Source: a virus. From it: DNA of 64,000 bases. Below are positions 1 through 9,159 of this stretch, piece by piece (the first letter of the stretch is position 1; each line of letters begins with the position of its first letter). The DNA lies in IMG/VR virus record IMGVR_UViG_3300032093_000012, positions 64,001-128,000 of that record; one strand, written 5' to 3'. Below the pieces are notes generated by a model that ran no database searches, had not been told where the DNA came from, and worked only from the letters and a program-made list of their open reading frames with translations. A program made the translations under genes and the position numbers.

Positions 1-625
1 TCGGCAACGAAATCTCAAAAGTGCTTGTTGCATCATATAGTTCCTTTACCCATTTAAGTCTTGTTTCTGATGGATAGTTTCTAAATAAGACCATAGCTAT
101 AAGCATATACGCCATCTGCGGCGTTTCATAGATGTAGCCAGTGGAGCGATTCTTAATTAAATACTTACCCCTGAACTGCTCCATGCCAACATAAGCGATA
201 GAAAAATCTCGTTCGTGAATAAGTACAGAATTAAGATAATCAAGATCAGCAGGAGAATACCATTCTTTAATATCTTTGTCGTAATATCCAGCATCAATAA
301 CGCTACGAATATGATCGCGAAGATGAGGGATGTTGTAATCGCCATAGACCTGCTTTCTTAGATGATAATTAATGAGTCTTCCTGCTACATATTGATATGA
401 TGGAAATTCTTCACTAATTAGATCTGCAGCAGCCTTGATAAGAGTCTCTTGAATGTCGCTTGTTTTAATGCCATTATAAAATTGGATGTGTGATTTGATC
501 TCTACTTCAGACTCAGACACACCATTTAGACCTTCACATGCCCACGATACAACTTTATGAAACTTGTTGAGATCAAGTGGTTCTTTATTACCATTACGCT
601 TAGTTACAAGTATTTGCGACATCAT
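1..625 (-). CDS. nrdA: Ribonucleotide reductase class Ia alpha subunit, N-terminal part with ATP cone (runs off the window)
   Basis: Not in the ORF track. Manual translation gives MMSQILVTKRNGNKEPLDLNKFHKVVSWACEGL...YQYVAGRL...YETPQMAYMLIAM, typical of NrdA. GAGG RBS upstream. Confidence 0.92.
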   Translation of the reverse strand, partial: MMSQILVTKRNGNKEPLDLNKFHKVVSWACEGLNGVSESEVEIKSHIQFYNGIKTSDIQETLIKAAADLISEEFPSYQYVAGRLINYHLRKQVYGDYNIPHLRDHIRSVIDAGYYDKDIKEWYSPADLDYLNSVLIHERDFSIAYVGMEQFRGKYLIKNRSTGYIYETPQMAYMLIAMVLFRNYPSETRLKWVKELYDATSTFEISLP

Positions 626-681
626 TCAATACCTCTTTTGTTCTTTTAATATTACTATATATTGATTGCGTTGTACACCAC

Positions 682-689
682 TATAAATA
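682..689 (+). promoter_or_regulatory. T4-type late promoter TATAAATA
   Basis: Exact gp55 consensus upstream of AGGAGG RBS and ORF 715. Confidence 0.75.
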
Positions 690-714
690 TTCCTGTCAGT
701 AAAGGAGGAAAATC

Positions 715-996
715 ATGGATACATGGTTTAAATTAATTGCAGACGTCGGCTTTCCAATTGCTGCCGCCTGCGCTATGGGATACTTTATTTTTCTAACTAT
801 TAAATTTATCCTCGCCGGTGTCATGAGCAGCGTGCAAGGTCTCAGTGGAATCATTACTGCTTTGGATAACAGAGTTAAGACGATGAACCACGACGTCATA
901 AGAATCGACACTCTCGTCTCCAACGCCATGGGTGTTAAACCTGACATTGACCGTATCGCCCGTGCGGACGGCAAAAACGATGCTAGACGCGATTAA
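715..996 (+). CDS. Small membrane protein (GFPI motif, YvrJ/BhlA-holin-like), paralog of 1535..1888
   Basis: N-terminal LIADVGFPIAAACAMGYFIF TM segment followed by coiled coil; strong RBS. Confidence 0.7.
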   Translation: MDTWFKLIADVGFPIAAACAMGYFIFLTIKFILAGVMSSVQGLSGIITALDNRVKTMNHDVIRIDTLVSNAMGVKPDIDRIARADGKNDARRD

Positions 997-998
997 TT

Positions 999-1006
999 TA
1001 TAAATA
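999..1006 (+). promoter_or_regulatory. T4-type late promoter TATAAATA
   Basis: Exact consensus immediately after the stop of 715..996. Confidence 0.75.
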
Positions 1007-1063
1007 CATTGTAGGTCACGGACTGCCATCCCACCTACTCTATATCTATTAAGGAGATACAGC

Positions 1064-1531
1064 ATGAAAGTAAAAGATTCAATTGGTAAAGCTCTCGGTT
1101 TGTCTGAATGTATTGTCGATTTTGACATGTCAGAATATATATCGGAACCAATACCTAGTTTTTTCAAAGGATGCGCGCATACTGAAGAAACTAAAAAAGC
1201 TATTTCTGAAGCTTTCAAAGGGATTCCTATAGGTCCATTTTCTGAAGAGCATAAAAATAACATTTCTAAAGCCGCCAAAGGTCGAAAAGTTTGGAACAAA
1301 GGTCTTGATAAGTATGATCCTAGAGTTTTGAAAAATTCCATATCACGCTCTATGGTAAAATATAGTGAAGAAACTAAAAAAGCATTCAGAAAACCAAAAT
1401 CTGAAAAAGGAAAAATTAATATGAGTATTGGGCAAAAAGGTAAGCAATATCCTAAAATTCCATGTGAAATTTGTGGTTTAAAGTATTCTTCAAATGCTCT
1501 TCATTCTCATATGAAAACACACAAGGATTAA
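1064..1531 (+). CDS. NUMOD3-repeat DNA-binding protein with C-terminal C2H2-like Zn finger (homing-endonuclease-derived, no visible nuclease domain)
   Basis: HTEETKKAIS, FSEEHKNNISKAAKGRKVWNKG and YSEETKK repeats; CEICG...HMKTH. Confidence 0.75.
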   Translation: MKVKDSIGKALGLSECIVDFDMSEYISEPIPSFFKGCAHTEETKKAISEAFKGIPIGPFSEEHKNNISKAAKGRKVWNKGLDKYDPRVLKNSISRSMVKYSEETKKAFRKPKSEKGKINMSIGQKGKQYPKIPCEICGLKYSSNALHSHMKTHKD

Positions 1532-1534
1532 AAA

Positions 1535-1888
1535 ATGGGTGATATTGCTCAATTAATCTCAAAGTATGGTTTCCCTATCGTTGCAGCTGCAGGTATGGGT
1601 TATATGATATTCTATGTATGGACATGGGCAACGCAGGAAGTTAAACCTGTGTTATCAGAAGCTAATAAAGTTTTGATTGCTTTGATTGATCGTATTCGCA
1701 TGCTTGATAATGACCTTATTCGCTTGAATCAGAAAGTTAATATAGTCTTACAACTTCGTAAGATGGACCATGATGAACTAACAAAGCAAGCTCATGAGTT
1801 TATTGTTGAGGAACAAATCGGGTCCAAATCTATACCACAAAAAGAGCCCGAAAGTGATCCAAACACAAAACCCACAAAAGTAAAGTAA
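1535..1888 (+). CDS. Small membrane protein (GFPI motif), paralog of 715..996
   Basis: LISKYGFPIVAAAGMGYMIF TM segment; ALIDRIRMLDNDLIRL aligns with ALDNRVKTMNHDVIRI. Confidence 0.7.
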   Translation: MGDIAQLISKYGFPIVAAAGMGYMIFYVWTWATQEVKPVLSEANKVLIALIDRIRMLDNDLIRLNQKVNIVLQLRKMDHDELTKQAHEFIVEEQIGSKSIPQKEPESDPNTKPTKVK

Positions 1889-1889
1889 A

Positions 1890-3953
1890 TTACTTAGAAG
1901 TTGCACGATAAACACCATCCCAATCAGAGGGTAGAGGATTTTTCTTAAATTCCTCTACTCTTTCCATCATCATATCATAATACTCAGTCATTTCTCCGTT
2001 AAACGCAGATCTAAGAGTCTTATAATAATTTTCCAATGAAACCCAGTTCTGCTCTCTATAAAATTTAACAAAGTCAGCATGTGTTTTTGAATAAGCTCTA
2101 TTGATTCCAGTCTTTGGTACAATAGTGTATATATTGACACCCTGTGATTTGCCTTTAACTGCTAAACAATCAAGTTCTAAGCATAGATATTCATCTTTTA
2201 CTAGTTCATATGTTCTCTGACCAATTACAAGTTTAACATGATATGGTTTTGATTGACCCTCTAATCTTGAAGCAAGGTTTACTGAGTCACCAAGGCATGT
2301 ATAATCAAAACGCTGACTACTGCCCATGTTACCAACAACAACGGAGCCAGTATTAATACCGAGCCCCATGCCGAAAGGTGGTACGCCTTCAACAGAGATT
2401 TCGTCGTTGAATCTGGCCAAATCATCTAACATCTCCAGTGCTGTCTTAACAGCGTGTTTGGCATGATCTGCATCATCGAGTGGTGCATTCCAAAATGCCA
2501 TCTGTGCATCGCCAATATATTTGTCTAGTGTTCCATTATTCTCAAGTATCTTAGCAGTCATGGCCGTCATATAACGGTTCATGATTTTAGTTAAACCCTG
2601 AACGTCGCTTCCGTAATGCTCACTAATAGTAGTAAAGCCACGAACATCAGTAAACATGATTGATAATTCTCGAGTATCTCCACCAAGTTGTAGTAACTCC
2701 GGGTTCTTTTGAAGCTTCTCTACCAGAGCTGGAGATAGATAAGTTCCAAACTGTTTCTTGATTTGTTGTTTTAGTCTAAACTCTCTTGCAAAATTATTGA
2801 ATACAAGATGACCAAAAGTCATCGTAGAAGCAAAAAGTAAATAACTTGTATCCCATAACTGTGAATGCTCTTTAAACATATAGACAGAAAAAGCAACACA
2901 AGAAGATACGATCACTATATAAACAGGAACGGTCCACTTAACAGATGTTCTCGGCACTAGAAAAAGTAGCGATAATAATACTGATATCAGTATTAGTTTT
3001 TCTATTAAGTTACTATATCCTGGACGCGATATCGAAGAACCGTCAATGATAGTTTGCAGAGCACTTGCCTGTACATCATGCGCCCACTTCTCACCTACTG
3101 GTGTAGCTATTATACCACCGACACCCTCAATTGAAATGCCTAATATCACTATCTTTCCATCGACACGCTTATCGATCTCGGTAGCTTCTATTCTTTCGAA
3201 CTTTGTGTTCCATGTCGTCCAGATTCTTCCTCTTTCATCAGTCTGTATCGGCGCGAATGCAGGTACACGGACGAATTCTGGTCCAATCTCACTTGTTTTA
3301 ATTTGATAGCTAGGATCTCCAGCAGCCACTCGAATCGTTTCCAAAGGAATAGAAGGATAAAGACTCCCAGCAATATTGACAAGTAGAGGGATACGACGAA
3401 CCACACCGTCCACCTCACCAATGGTGGCGACCACTCCAACACCTCCGGCCACTTCGGCATGCTCACGTAAAGGACGTAGGCCGCCCCTCCAACGAAAGAC
3501 ATACTCAGTAGGGTTAACAGGCCCGATAGCAGCAAACCCACGACGTACAGCGTCTGGCGGTATATCTTGAGTAGTAGGTGTCTGAGCGATGACGACACCA
3601 TCCAGAGATTTTGTAAGTTCATTGTCGCCTCCAGCTCTATCTTTTTCTGAGAAAAGTATAGGCATAACTATAAGTGCTGCGCCGTTCTCTTTTAATTTAT
3701 TAACAGTCTTAGCTATATCTCTTCTATCAAACGGCCACTGGCCAAATTGTTTTACTGACTTCTCACCAAAATCAACTATTACTAATTCTTCTGATTTTTT
3801 CTCTTCGATAGAATTTATTAGATAATCAAAAGTCTTTAGTTGAAGTACCTGTACTGGACTAGGGTTGTACACATATACGACCAATAGCATTATCGCTGAG
3901 ATAACAACTGCCCAAACGCTGGTTAAAAGCTTTCCTAATATTTCCATGTTCAA
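1890..3953 (-). CDS. CHASE2-domain membrane adenylate cyclase (class III)
   Basis: N-terminal TM, CHASE2 motifs (GQWPFDR, DGVVRRIPL), 3 TMs, then cyclase motifs FTDVRGFT, DKYIGDAQMAFW, DYTCLGDSVNLASRLEG. K and T specificity residues point to ATP. Confidence 0.93.
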   Translation of the reverse strand: MNMEILGKLLTSVWAVVISAIMLLVVYVYNPSPVQVLQLKTFDYLINSIEEKKSEELVIVDFGEKSVKQFGQWPFDRRDIAKTVNKLKENGAALIVMPILFSEKDRAGGDNELTKSLDGVVIAQTPTTQDIPPDAVRRGFAAIGPVNPTEYVFRWRGGLRPLREHAEVAGGVGVVATIGEVDGVVRRIPLLVNIAGSLYPSIPLETIRVAAGDPSYQIKTSEIGPEFVRVPAFAPIQTDERGRIWTTWNTKFERIEATEIDKRVDGKIVILGISIEGVGGIIATPVGEKWAHDVQASALQTIIDGSSISRPGYSNLIEKLILISVLLSLLFLVPRTSVKWTVPVYIVIVSSCVAFSVYMFKEHSQLWDTSYLLFASTMTFGHLVFNNFAREFRLKQQIKKQFGTYLSPALVEKLQKNPELLQLGGDTRELSIMFTDVRGFTTISEHYGSDVQGLTKIMNRYMTAMTAKILENNGTLDKYIGDAQMAFWNAPLDDADHAKHAVKTALEMLDDLARFNDEISVEGVPPFGMGLGINTGSVVVGNMGSSQRFDYTCLGDSVNLASRLEGQSKPYHVKLVIGQRTYELVKDEYLCLELDCLAVKGKSQGVNIYTIVPKTGINRAYSKTHADFVKFYREQNWVSLENYYKTLRSAFNGEMTEYYDMMMERVEEFKKNPLPSDWDGVYRATSK

Positions 3954-4231
3954 TATTGATTGATAATATAAGGATTAGTTGCGCAATTACTAGTACAATG
4001 AATATCAAGCGATATAGACTTATTGGTATTGCCGGATTGTGTGATATTGATGGGGACGTTATCACCAGTACTATTAATAATAGCAGTGTGAAAGCCAATA
4101 CCAGATTGATTAATAATGACATTATTAAAGTTCCCTGTTAAGTTTACTGTAGCAGTATTCATAACAGGTGATGGTAGTGTCTGTGAAAATGCAGTTGATG
4201 TCATGAATAGAAGTGCTAATAGTGTTTTCAT
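3950..4231 (-). CDS. Small secreted curlin-repeat-like protein
   Basis: Signal peptide; N/Q/G-rich INQSG and ITQSG repeats; C-terminal Cys pair. Confidence 0.6.
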   Translation of the reverse strand: MKTLLALLFMTSTAFSQTLPSPVMNTATVNLTGNFNNVIINQSGIGFHTAIINSTGDNVPINITQSGNTNKSISLDIHCTSNCATNPYIINQY

Positions 4232-5361
4232 TCTGATTGCTTTATGGTAATTATGGTTGTTCCAGTATTGTTTATTATTTGTTTAACCTCTAAACCCTCT
4301 TGAGTTATCTTAAGAGTACCAGCTTTATATTGAGACATAGTTAGCTCGGCGTAGCTATTTACTGTTTCTCTATACAATGTTAGCATTTCATTTTCAACAA
4401 AAAACTTAAGACCACTGGTTGGATTAAATTTAGGCAGTAGAGAATTAAACTCACTGAGTTCATCTGATAATAATTGTGACGAAGCCACATCTAAGAAGTT
4501 ATAAAGATAATCAGCACTAAGAAAATCTCTGTTTAGCTTATTAAACTCTTTTAAAAAATCTTTATCTAATTCAGTATATTTTAAATAATCTTTCTTAAGA
4601 AAGTCTTCATCTAAGAAATTATATCCTCTTCTTTCAATAGTTCTTTCAGTTTGTTCTACAATTTTAGGTGGTGTTACAATGATTAAATTATTAACTTGAT
4701 TCAAATCTAAGTTTAATATTGCAGAAGCTGTCGGCCTTGAAAAGCTAGTATCAACAGTCGTAGTTTCAAATGGTTTTGTTAGTAATACTGTACCCATGAC
4801 AGATGATACTAAGATCTTACCGATAACACAATCTCTTTGTATATCTTTCCAACCTTCGGGACAAGATGGTAATAGTATTATTTGTGATCTTCCAAGTTCA
4901 TCGACCGTACTTGAAAAGTCTGTACCTCTGACACCTATAGTAGCAGTTGGTGTAGTAACTACAACTTGTTGTGGATCATTCTTAGCTATTTGACCTGATG
5001 CATATTTAATAGTACCAAGCGCCATCTTGATACCAAGTTTTCCTGTTTTCTTATCACCATCATAAACGAAGTTATCAATGACTAATTTACTATGTTCAGT
5101 TATCTGGACTCTAGTATCATCTTTAAAGGTTATTCCAGCTTTTGAATTTGCTGTTGTGATGACATCTTGCATCTCGACACCAAATTGCAATGCACTAGGA
5201 ATAACCTCAGATTGCCTCTTTATCTCTGTAGGTCCAGTTTGTTCTGTTACTTGTCCAACTGAAGCATTAGTTGTGGTTGGACTTAATAGTAACAGCGTTG
5301 CTAGAACCGGTAATAGTTGTAACGATCTTTGAATCAATTGCTCCACCCTGTCTAAAGTCAA
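4228..5361 (-). CDS. Secreted/periplasmic FecR-domain protein (start uncertain, overlaps curlin 3' end)
   Basis: ITFKDDTRVQITEHSKL and TPTATIGVRGTDF FecR motifs after a signal peptide ending TTTNA. Confidence 0.85.
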   Translation of the reverse strand: MTLDRVEQLIQRSLQLLPVLATLLLLSPTTTNASVGQVTEQTGPTEIKRQSEVIPSALQFGVEMQDVITTANSKAGITFKDDTRVQITEHSKLVIDNFVYDGDKKTGKLGIKMALGTIKYASGQIAKNDPQQVVVTTPTATIGVRGTDFSSTVDELGRSQIILLPSCPEGWKDIQRDCVIGKILVSSVMGTVLLTKPFETTTVDTSFSRPTASAILNLDLNQVNNLIIVTPPKIVEQTERTIERRGYNFLDEDFLKKDYLKYTELDKDFLKEFNKLNRDFLSADYLYNFLDVASSQLLSDELSEFNSLLPKFNPTSGLKFFVENEMLTLYRETVNSYAELTMSQYKAGTLKITQEGLEVKQIINNTGTTIITIKQSE

Positions 5362-5950
5362 CGGTGTTTAATGCACCATTTATTGATAAATCTACTTCAT
5401 GACCAGTAGTTCCTGCAGTTCCTGCCTGAACAACATCAACTATATTACCACTACCACCAACGATATCAACAAGATTCTTTGTACCAGCTACAGCAGATGA
5501 AGTATTTGTCATATTAACTTGGTTATTATCTGATTGTATGTTTACTGTAGTATTAGTTAGAGAGTTTGTACTCTGTGTTAGTGAGTTACCATCACCAGTT
5601 ACAGAATTAGTGATTGTTGATGGTCCACAAGAACCTCCATTAGCACCACACTCTAAATTTAGTATATTAGAACTGCCAGTAATGACAGATGATATAGTCG
5701 CACCATCTCCCATAACCGCCATATTCGTTACGTTATTATTGCCAATCTGCTCAATATTTACAGTGTTATTATCACCATTAAATGTTGATTTAACACTAGG
5801 TGTTCCAATTGCGTTTCCAGAACCAGACTGTGTGATGTTTATAGTAGAACCATCGCCGATCTGATCCATATAAATTAAGTTTGCCGCATTTACATAACCT
5901 GACATGACCAAGAATGATATAAACATCATCATTCTTGTGATTGTTTTCAT
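5267..5950 (-). CDS. Curlin (CsgA/CsgB-like) repeat protein
   Basis: Signal peptide; repeated x-Q-x-G-x-x-N beta-solenoid units (DQIGDGS, TQSGSGN, EQIGNNN); lies next to csgG/csgF. Confidence 0.8.
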   Translation of the reverse strand: MKTITRMMMFISFLVMSGYVNAANLIYMDQIGDGSTINITQSGSGNAIGTPSVKSTFNGDNNTVNIEQIGNNNVTNMAVMGDGATISSVITGSSNILNLECGANGGSCGPSTITNSVTGDGNSLTQSTNSLTNTTVNIQSDNNQVNMTNTSSAVAGTKNLVDIVGGSGNIVDVVQAGTAGTTGHEVDLSINGALNTVDFRQGGAIDSKIVTTITGSSNAVTIKSNHN

Positions 5951-6774
5951 TTTTTGTTTTCCTTTTTAGTTGTCTCTTTATACTTCCATAACTTCTTTTG
6001 AGAACCTTGTTTTATCATGTCAACTACTGCTGCTTCTATAGCTATCCTTACAGCATAAGTTGTAGGTTCATTTATAGAAGTACCTGCTTCTAACTCTACT
6101 GATCTTGTTCCAGCATCAACAAACTTAAATACATTAGCACTTACACCAGTGCTATAGATAGTCTTTGTCACACCGCTAGAAATTAATATCTCACCTGTGC
6201 TAATTGATATTAATCTCAACATAATAGTTACTTCGTCTTTACGATATTCTTGCTGTGCTCCAAGGCCAAGATAACGTGCACCAATACCACCAGTTGCAAT
6301 ATTACTATCATAACCAACTATACCACCCTCTATCATTATACCAGCTACTATAAGTGGTGTTAAGGGTTTGGCTTGTTCTTTTTCATATACTTCACGTTGA
6401 CTTCTAATAAGTTGTCTTTCTTTAACAAGATTATCAAGACTTACTCTCTCGATAGGTTTAAAGAACTTACCTTTTGAAGCATCCTGTAAAGCTTTTATTA
6501 GTATGACTTCTCCACCTTGTGTGACAGCAGAACTTAAACTAGCATAATTGCTGGTTGGTTTTCTTTGTCCACTCATATCAGAGAATTTATACACTGCCAC
6601 TGGTATAGGGTCGCCATTTACGGCTGGTATATTTATGAGCTCATTGAATCTTTTAGCAGTAATTATTTCTGCTTTATCTACTTGATTCTCTAAATCTTTA
6701 CTAGATGTTATCTTACTGCCTGTACATCCAGCCAAAGCCAAAGCACAGACCATTAAAAATGCATATCTTACCAT
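5947..6774 (-). CDS. csgG: Curli secretion channel lipoprotein CsgG
   Basis: Lipobox LAGC; VAVYKFSDMSGQRKP, SSAVTQG, LVKERQLIR, EGGIVGYD, GGIGARYLG motifs. Confidence 0.92.
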   Translation of the reverse strand: MVRYAFLMVCALALAGCTGSKITSSKDLENQVDKAEIITAKRFNELINIPAVNGDPIPVAVYKFSDMSGQRKPTSNYASLSSAVTQGGEVILIKALQDASKGKFFKPIERVSLDNLVKERQLIRSQREVYEKEQAKPLTPLIVAGIMIEGGIVGYDSNIATGGIGARYLGLGAQQEYRKDEVTIMLRLISISTGEILISSGVTKTIYSTGVSANVFKFVDAGTRSVELEAGTSINEPTTYAVRIAIEAAVVDMIKQGSQKKLWKYKETTKKENKK

Positions 6775-7205
6775 GCTAAGCTCCCGTATGGTACTACCAC
6801 TTGCGTAACACTACCACCGGGATCTGTAATTCTTAATGTTATAGTACTACCGTCAGACGTCCACTGTAAGTTATTTCCACCGATATCAAAAGATCCTGAA
6901 GATGCTCCGCCTTCTTTAAATAATTCAGCAGCGATATTTTGTGATATCGTTGCATAGATTCTACTCTCTAGATTATTCAAGAATTTAGCTAAGTTTGTGT
7001 TCTTAGCATCAGCTGCAGCTTTAGCTGCATCCGTCTTCTTGTCTTCTATAATCTTCTGCTTCCTTGTTTGTTCAAGGTTATCAATAGTTAAGACATGAGA
7101 CGAATAGCCGACGCCAGAAAAAGATGGGTTTTTAAACCCAAAGCTCACTTCACTTGCATAAGAAGCAGAAGAAAATAAGCACACTAGTAATGCTATCTTC
7201 TTCAT
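6768..7205 (-). CDS. csgF: Curli assembly protein CsgF-like
   Basis: Signal peptide then F-KNPSFSG motif; FLNNLESRIYA; C-terminal LRITDPGGSVTQVVVP. Confidence 0.8.
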   Translation of the reverse strand: MKKIALLVCLFSSASYASEVSFGFKNPSFSGVGYSSHVLTIDNLEQTRKQKIIEDKKTDAAKAAADAKNTNLAKFLNNLESRIYATISQNIAAELFKEGGASSGSFDIGGNNLQWTSDGSTITLRITDPGGSVTQVVVPYGSLAW

Positions 7206-7225
7206 GTTTTACTCCTGTTACTGGT

Positions 7226-8890
7226 TTATTTATAATCCCTCATCTCTTTCATATGTTGCTGTAGCTCAGGATCACCTATTAATGCTGGTTCCATAATAGG
7301 TTCAACTGAAGATTTTACGTACTTATGGAAAAGCATCTTAGCAGTCTCTTCATCTTTTGCCTTTGGAACACACATACCACAACCACAAAGGTCATGTGGG
7401 CATGTTATGTAGGGGATCTCCATGTTACCATAAAGATGATCTTTTAATTTTGATATGATCTTTGAGAACTCACTAACTTTACCGATAGGTTCCTCAACAC
7501 TATTAAGGCTTGTCCTACATGTCTGATGATGGAAGACAATATCCTTCTCTTGCTCAATATGCAAGAAGAACCAATTAATCATACACTTCCAGCCCTTAAA
7601 GTTTGTGTTCTTAGCAAACTTGATTTCATCCCACTGGTCTTTTTCAGAATGAACTGTTTGACAAGACAAGTCTCTGCCACCACAACACATCCTACCAATA
7701 GAACGGCCGACTACTTTACCTTCTTCAAACTTAGATTTCTTTAGAGTATCCACGGATTTAACAATGTTGAGTGGATCTTCAAAGTTCTTGCGTGACTCTC
7801 TTATCTTATCAAGTTTTTCTTGAAAATCAAAGTTGGCTGCTTCGATACTTTGCTTTGCAGGTTTATTAACATTATCGATAAGAGTATATGTTTTTTTTGA
7901 ATGTTCACCCTGTTCAATCAATACTGCAGGAACTTCTTCTTTCTTTTTACCTTTCATTGAAATATCAGCAACTTGCTGTTGTTTAATTTCAATCTTTTTA
8001 ATTTGCTTTTGTACTTCAACCGGTTCTTTAGACAAAAATTCTTCTACAGATTCTACTTCGACTTCTTTAGAACCAATTAGTCTATCAAAGAAACCATTCA
8101 CTGAATCTTCTACACTTAGACCACTAACTTTGATATTAGAGAAAGCATGTTCAGTAAGTTCTAAGTTTTTCTTATTCCAGTACATTGTAATGTATGCAGC
8201 CTGATCATGTGTATAGGCATGCACTTTACTTCTTGTAATTACTTTCTGCTTCTTAAGATCTACTTCATCTTTCTTTTGTTCTTCTAGTCTTTCACCAATA
8301 ATTCTAGGAATAAAATTAATCTTACGTGGTGTAAGAACATTCTCCATAAGATCAACACACTCATTAAAGTATTGATCATTGGCATGCATCATGACATTTA
8401 CTTTAAAACGTTGACCAATATCCTGTAGATGAAGGATATTCTTTACAACTTTTTCTTTCAATGTTGGGTGTGCTTCAGTATGGTAGCTAACAGTAATCAT
8501 GTTGAAGAGTTTAAGGATCTTCTCACTAGTATCTGTTGGCCAAGTAGCATTAGTCGTCATGCTAAGACGATACTTCTTAGGATAAGTGTCTCTAATCCAT
8601 TCTACAAACTTAAAGAAATTTGGATTAACAGTCGGCTCACCACCAGTGAAGCTAATAGTACATGCCATATCAATCTTATGAAATGATTTATAGATTGAAT
8701 AGTATTCGTCAATATGCTTCATGGTCTTCTTAAGTTCTTCCATCTCTGCATGAGCTGACCATGAATTATGCATGTATAGTGTACAATAGGTACAGTCGTA
8801 GTTGCATCTACGACCGAGATCCCATACAATCATCATATTATAGCCAGACTTTTCATTATAGTCAATGGCTGTCAAGAGTTGTTCTTGCAT
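7226..8890 (-). CDS. Radical SAM protein with long charged insert and Cys-rich C-terminus
   Basis: CNYDCTYC motif, FTGGEPT, C-terminal CCGGR, C..NWFFLH, CPHDLCGCGMC. Confidence 0.88.
   Translation of the reverse strand: MQEQLLTAIDYNEKSGYNMMIVWDLGRRCNYDCTYCTLYMHNSWSAHAEMEELKKTMKHIDEYYSIYKSFHKIDMACTISFTGGEPTVNPNFFKFVEWIRDTYPKKYRLSMTTNATWPTDTSEKILKLFNMITVSYHTEAHPTLKEKVVKNILHLQDIGQRFKVNVMMHANDQYFNECVDLMENVLTPRKINFIPRIIGERLEEQKKDEVDLKKQKVITRSKVHAYTHDQAAYITMYWNKKNLELTEHAFSNIKVSGLSVEDSVNGFFDRLIGSKEVEVESVEEFLSKEPVEVQKQIKKIEIKQQQVADISMKGKKKEEVPAVLIEQGEHSKKTYTLIDNVNKPAKQSIEAANFDFQEKLDKIRESRKNFEDPLNIVKSVDTLKKSKFEEGKVVGRSIGRMCCGGRDLSCQTVHSEKDQWDEIKFAKNTNFKGWKCMINWFFLHIEQEKDIVFHHQTCRTSLNSVEEPIGKVSEFSKIISKLKDHLYGNMEIPYITCPHDLCGCGMCVPKAKDEETAKMLFHKYVKSSVEPIMEPALIGDPELQQHMKEMRDYK
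7227..7234 (-). promoter_or_regulatory. Late promoter TATAAATA heading the csgF-to-cyclase operon
   Basis: tatttata on + strand, overlapping the upstream stop codon, 21 nt before the csgF ATG. Confidence 0.75.
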
Positions 8891-9159
8891 TATCGCTCCG
8901 ATACTTCTACTTCAACATACGACTCTTGAAATATTTCTCTATCACAAAAATAAAACTCACCTCTAATTCCTTTGCAAAGATAGTCACCCATCTTTCCAGT
9001 CATAGTACCTTCAAGAGTCCATACCATCATACCGGATGCTGTGCCATCAGGTCTTCGCGACACTGAAGCATTAGACCATTCAATAAGATCATCAATACTT
9101 TCTAGTGTTATTTGTCTAGCTTCAATGGGAATAGGCTTCTTCAAATAAAATGGCATCAC
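8890..9159 (-). CDS. Conserved phage protein (PGDYG-like)
   Basis: KKPIPIEA...TLEG...GDYLCKGIRGEFY motif common in phages. Confidence 0.7.
   Translation of the reverse strand: MMPFYLKKPIPIEARQITLESIDDLIEWSNASVSRRPDGTASGMMVWTLEGTMTGKMGDYLCKGIRGEFYFCDREIFQESYVEVEVSER

Noticed and set aside
157-345. 62-aa hydrophobic ORF and the many antisense ORFs inside core genes
   Set aside because: Alternate-frame shadows of nrdA, gp43, gp41 and others
7700-8300. Intein in the radical SAM gene
   Set aside because: No C/S start paired with an HN-C/S/T end and no LAGLIDADG motifs visible
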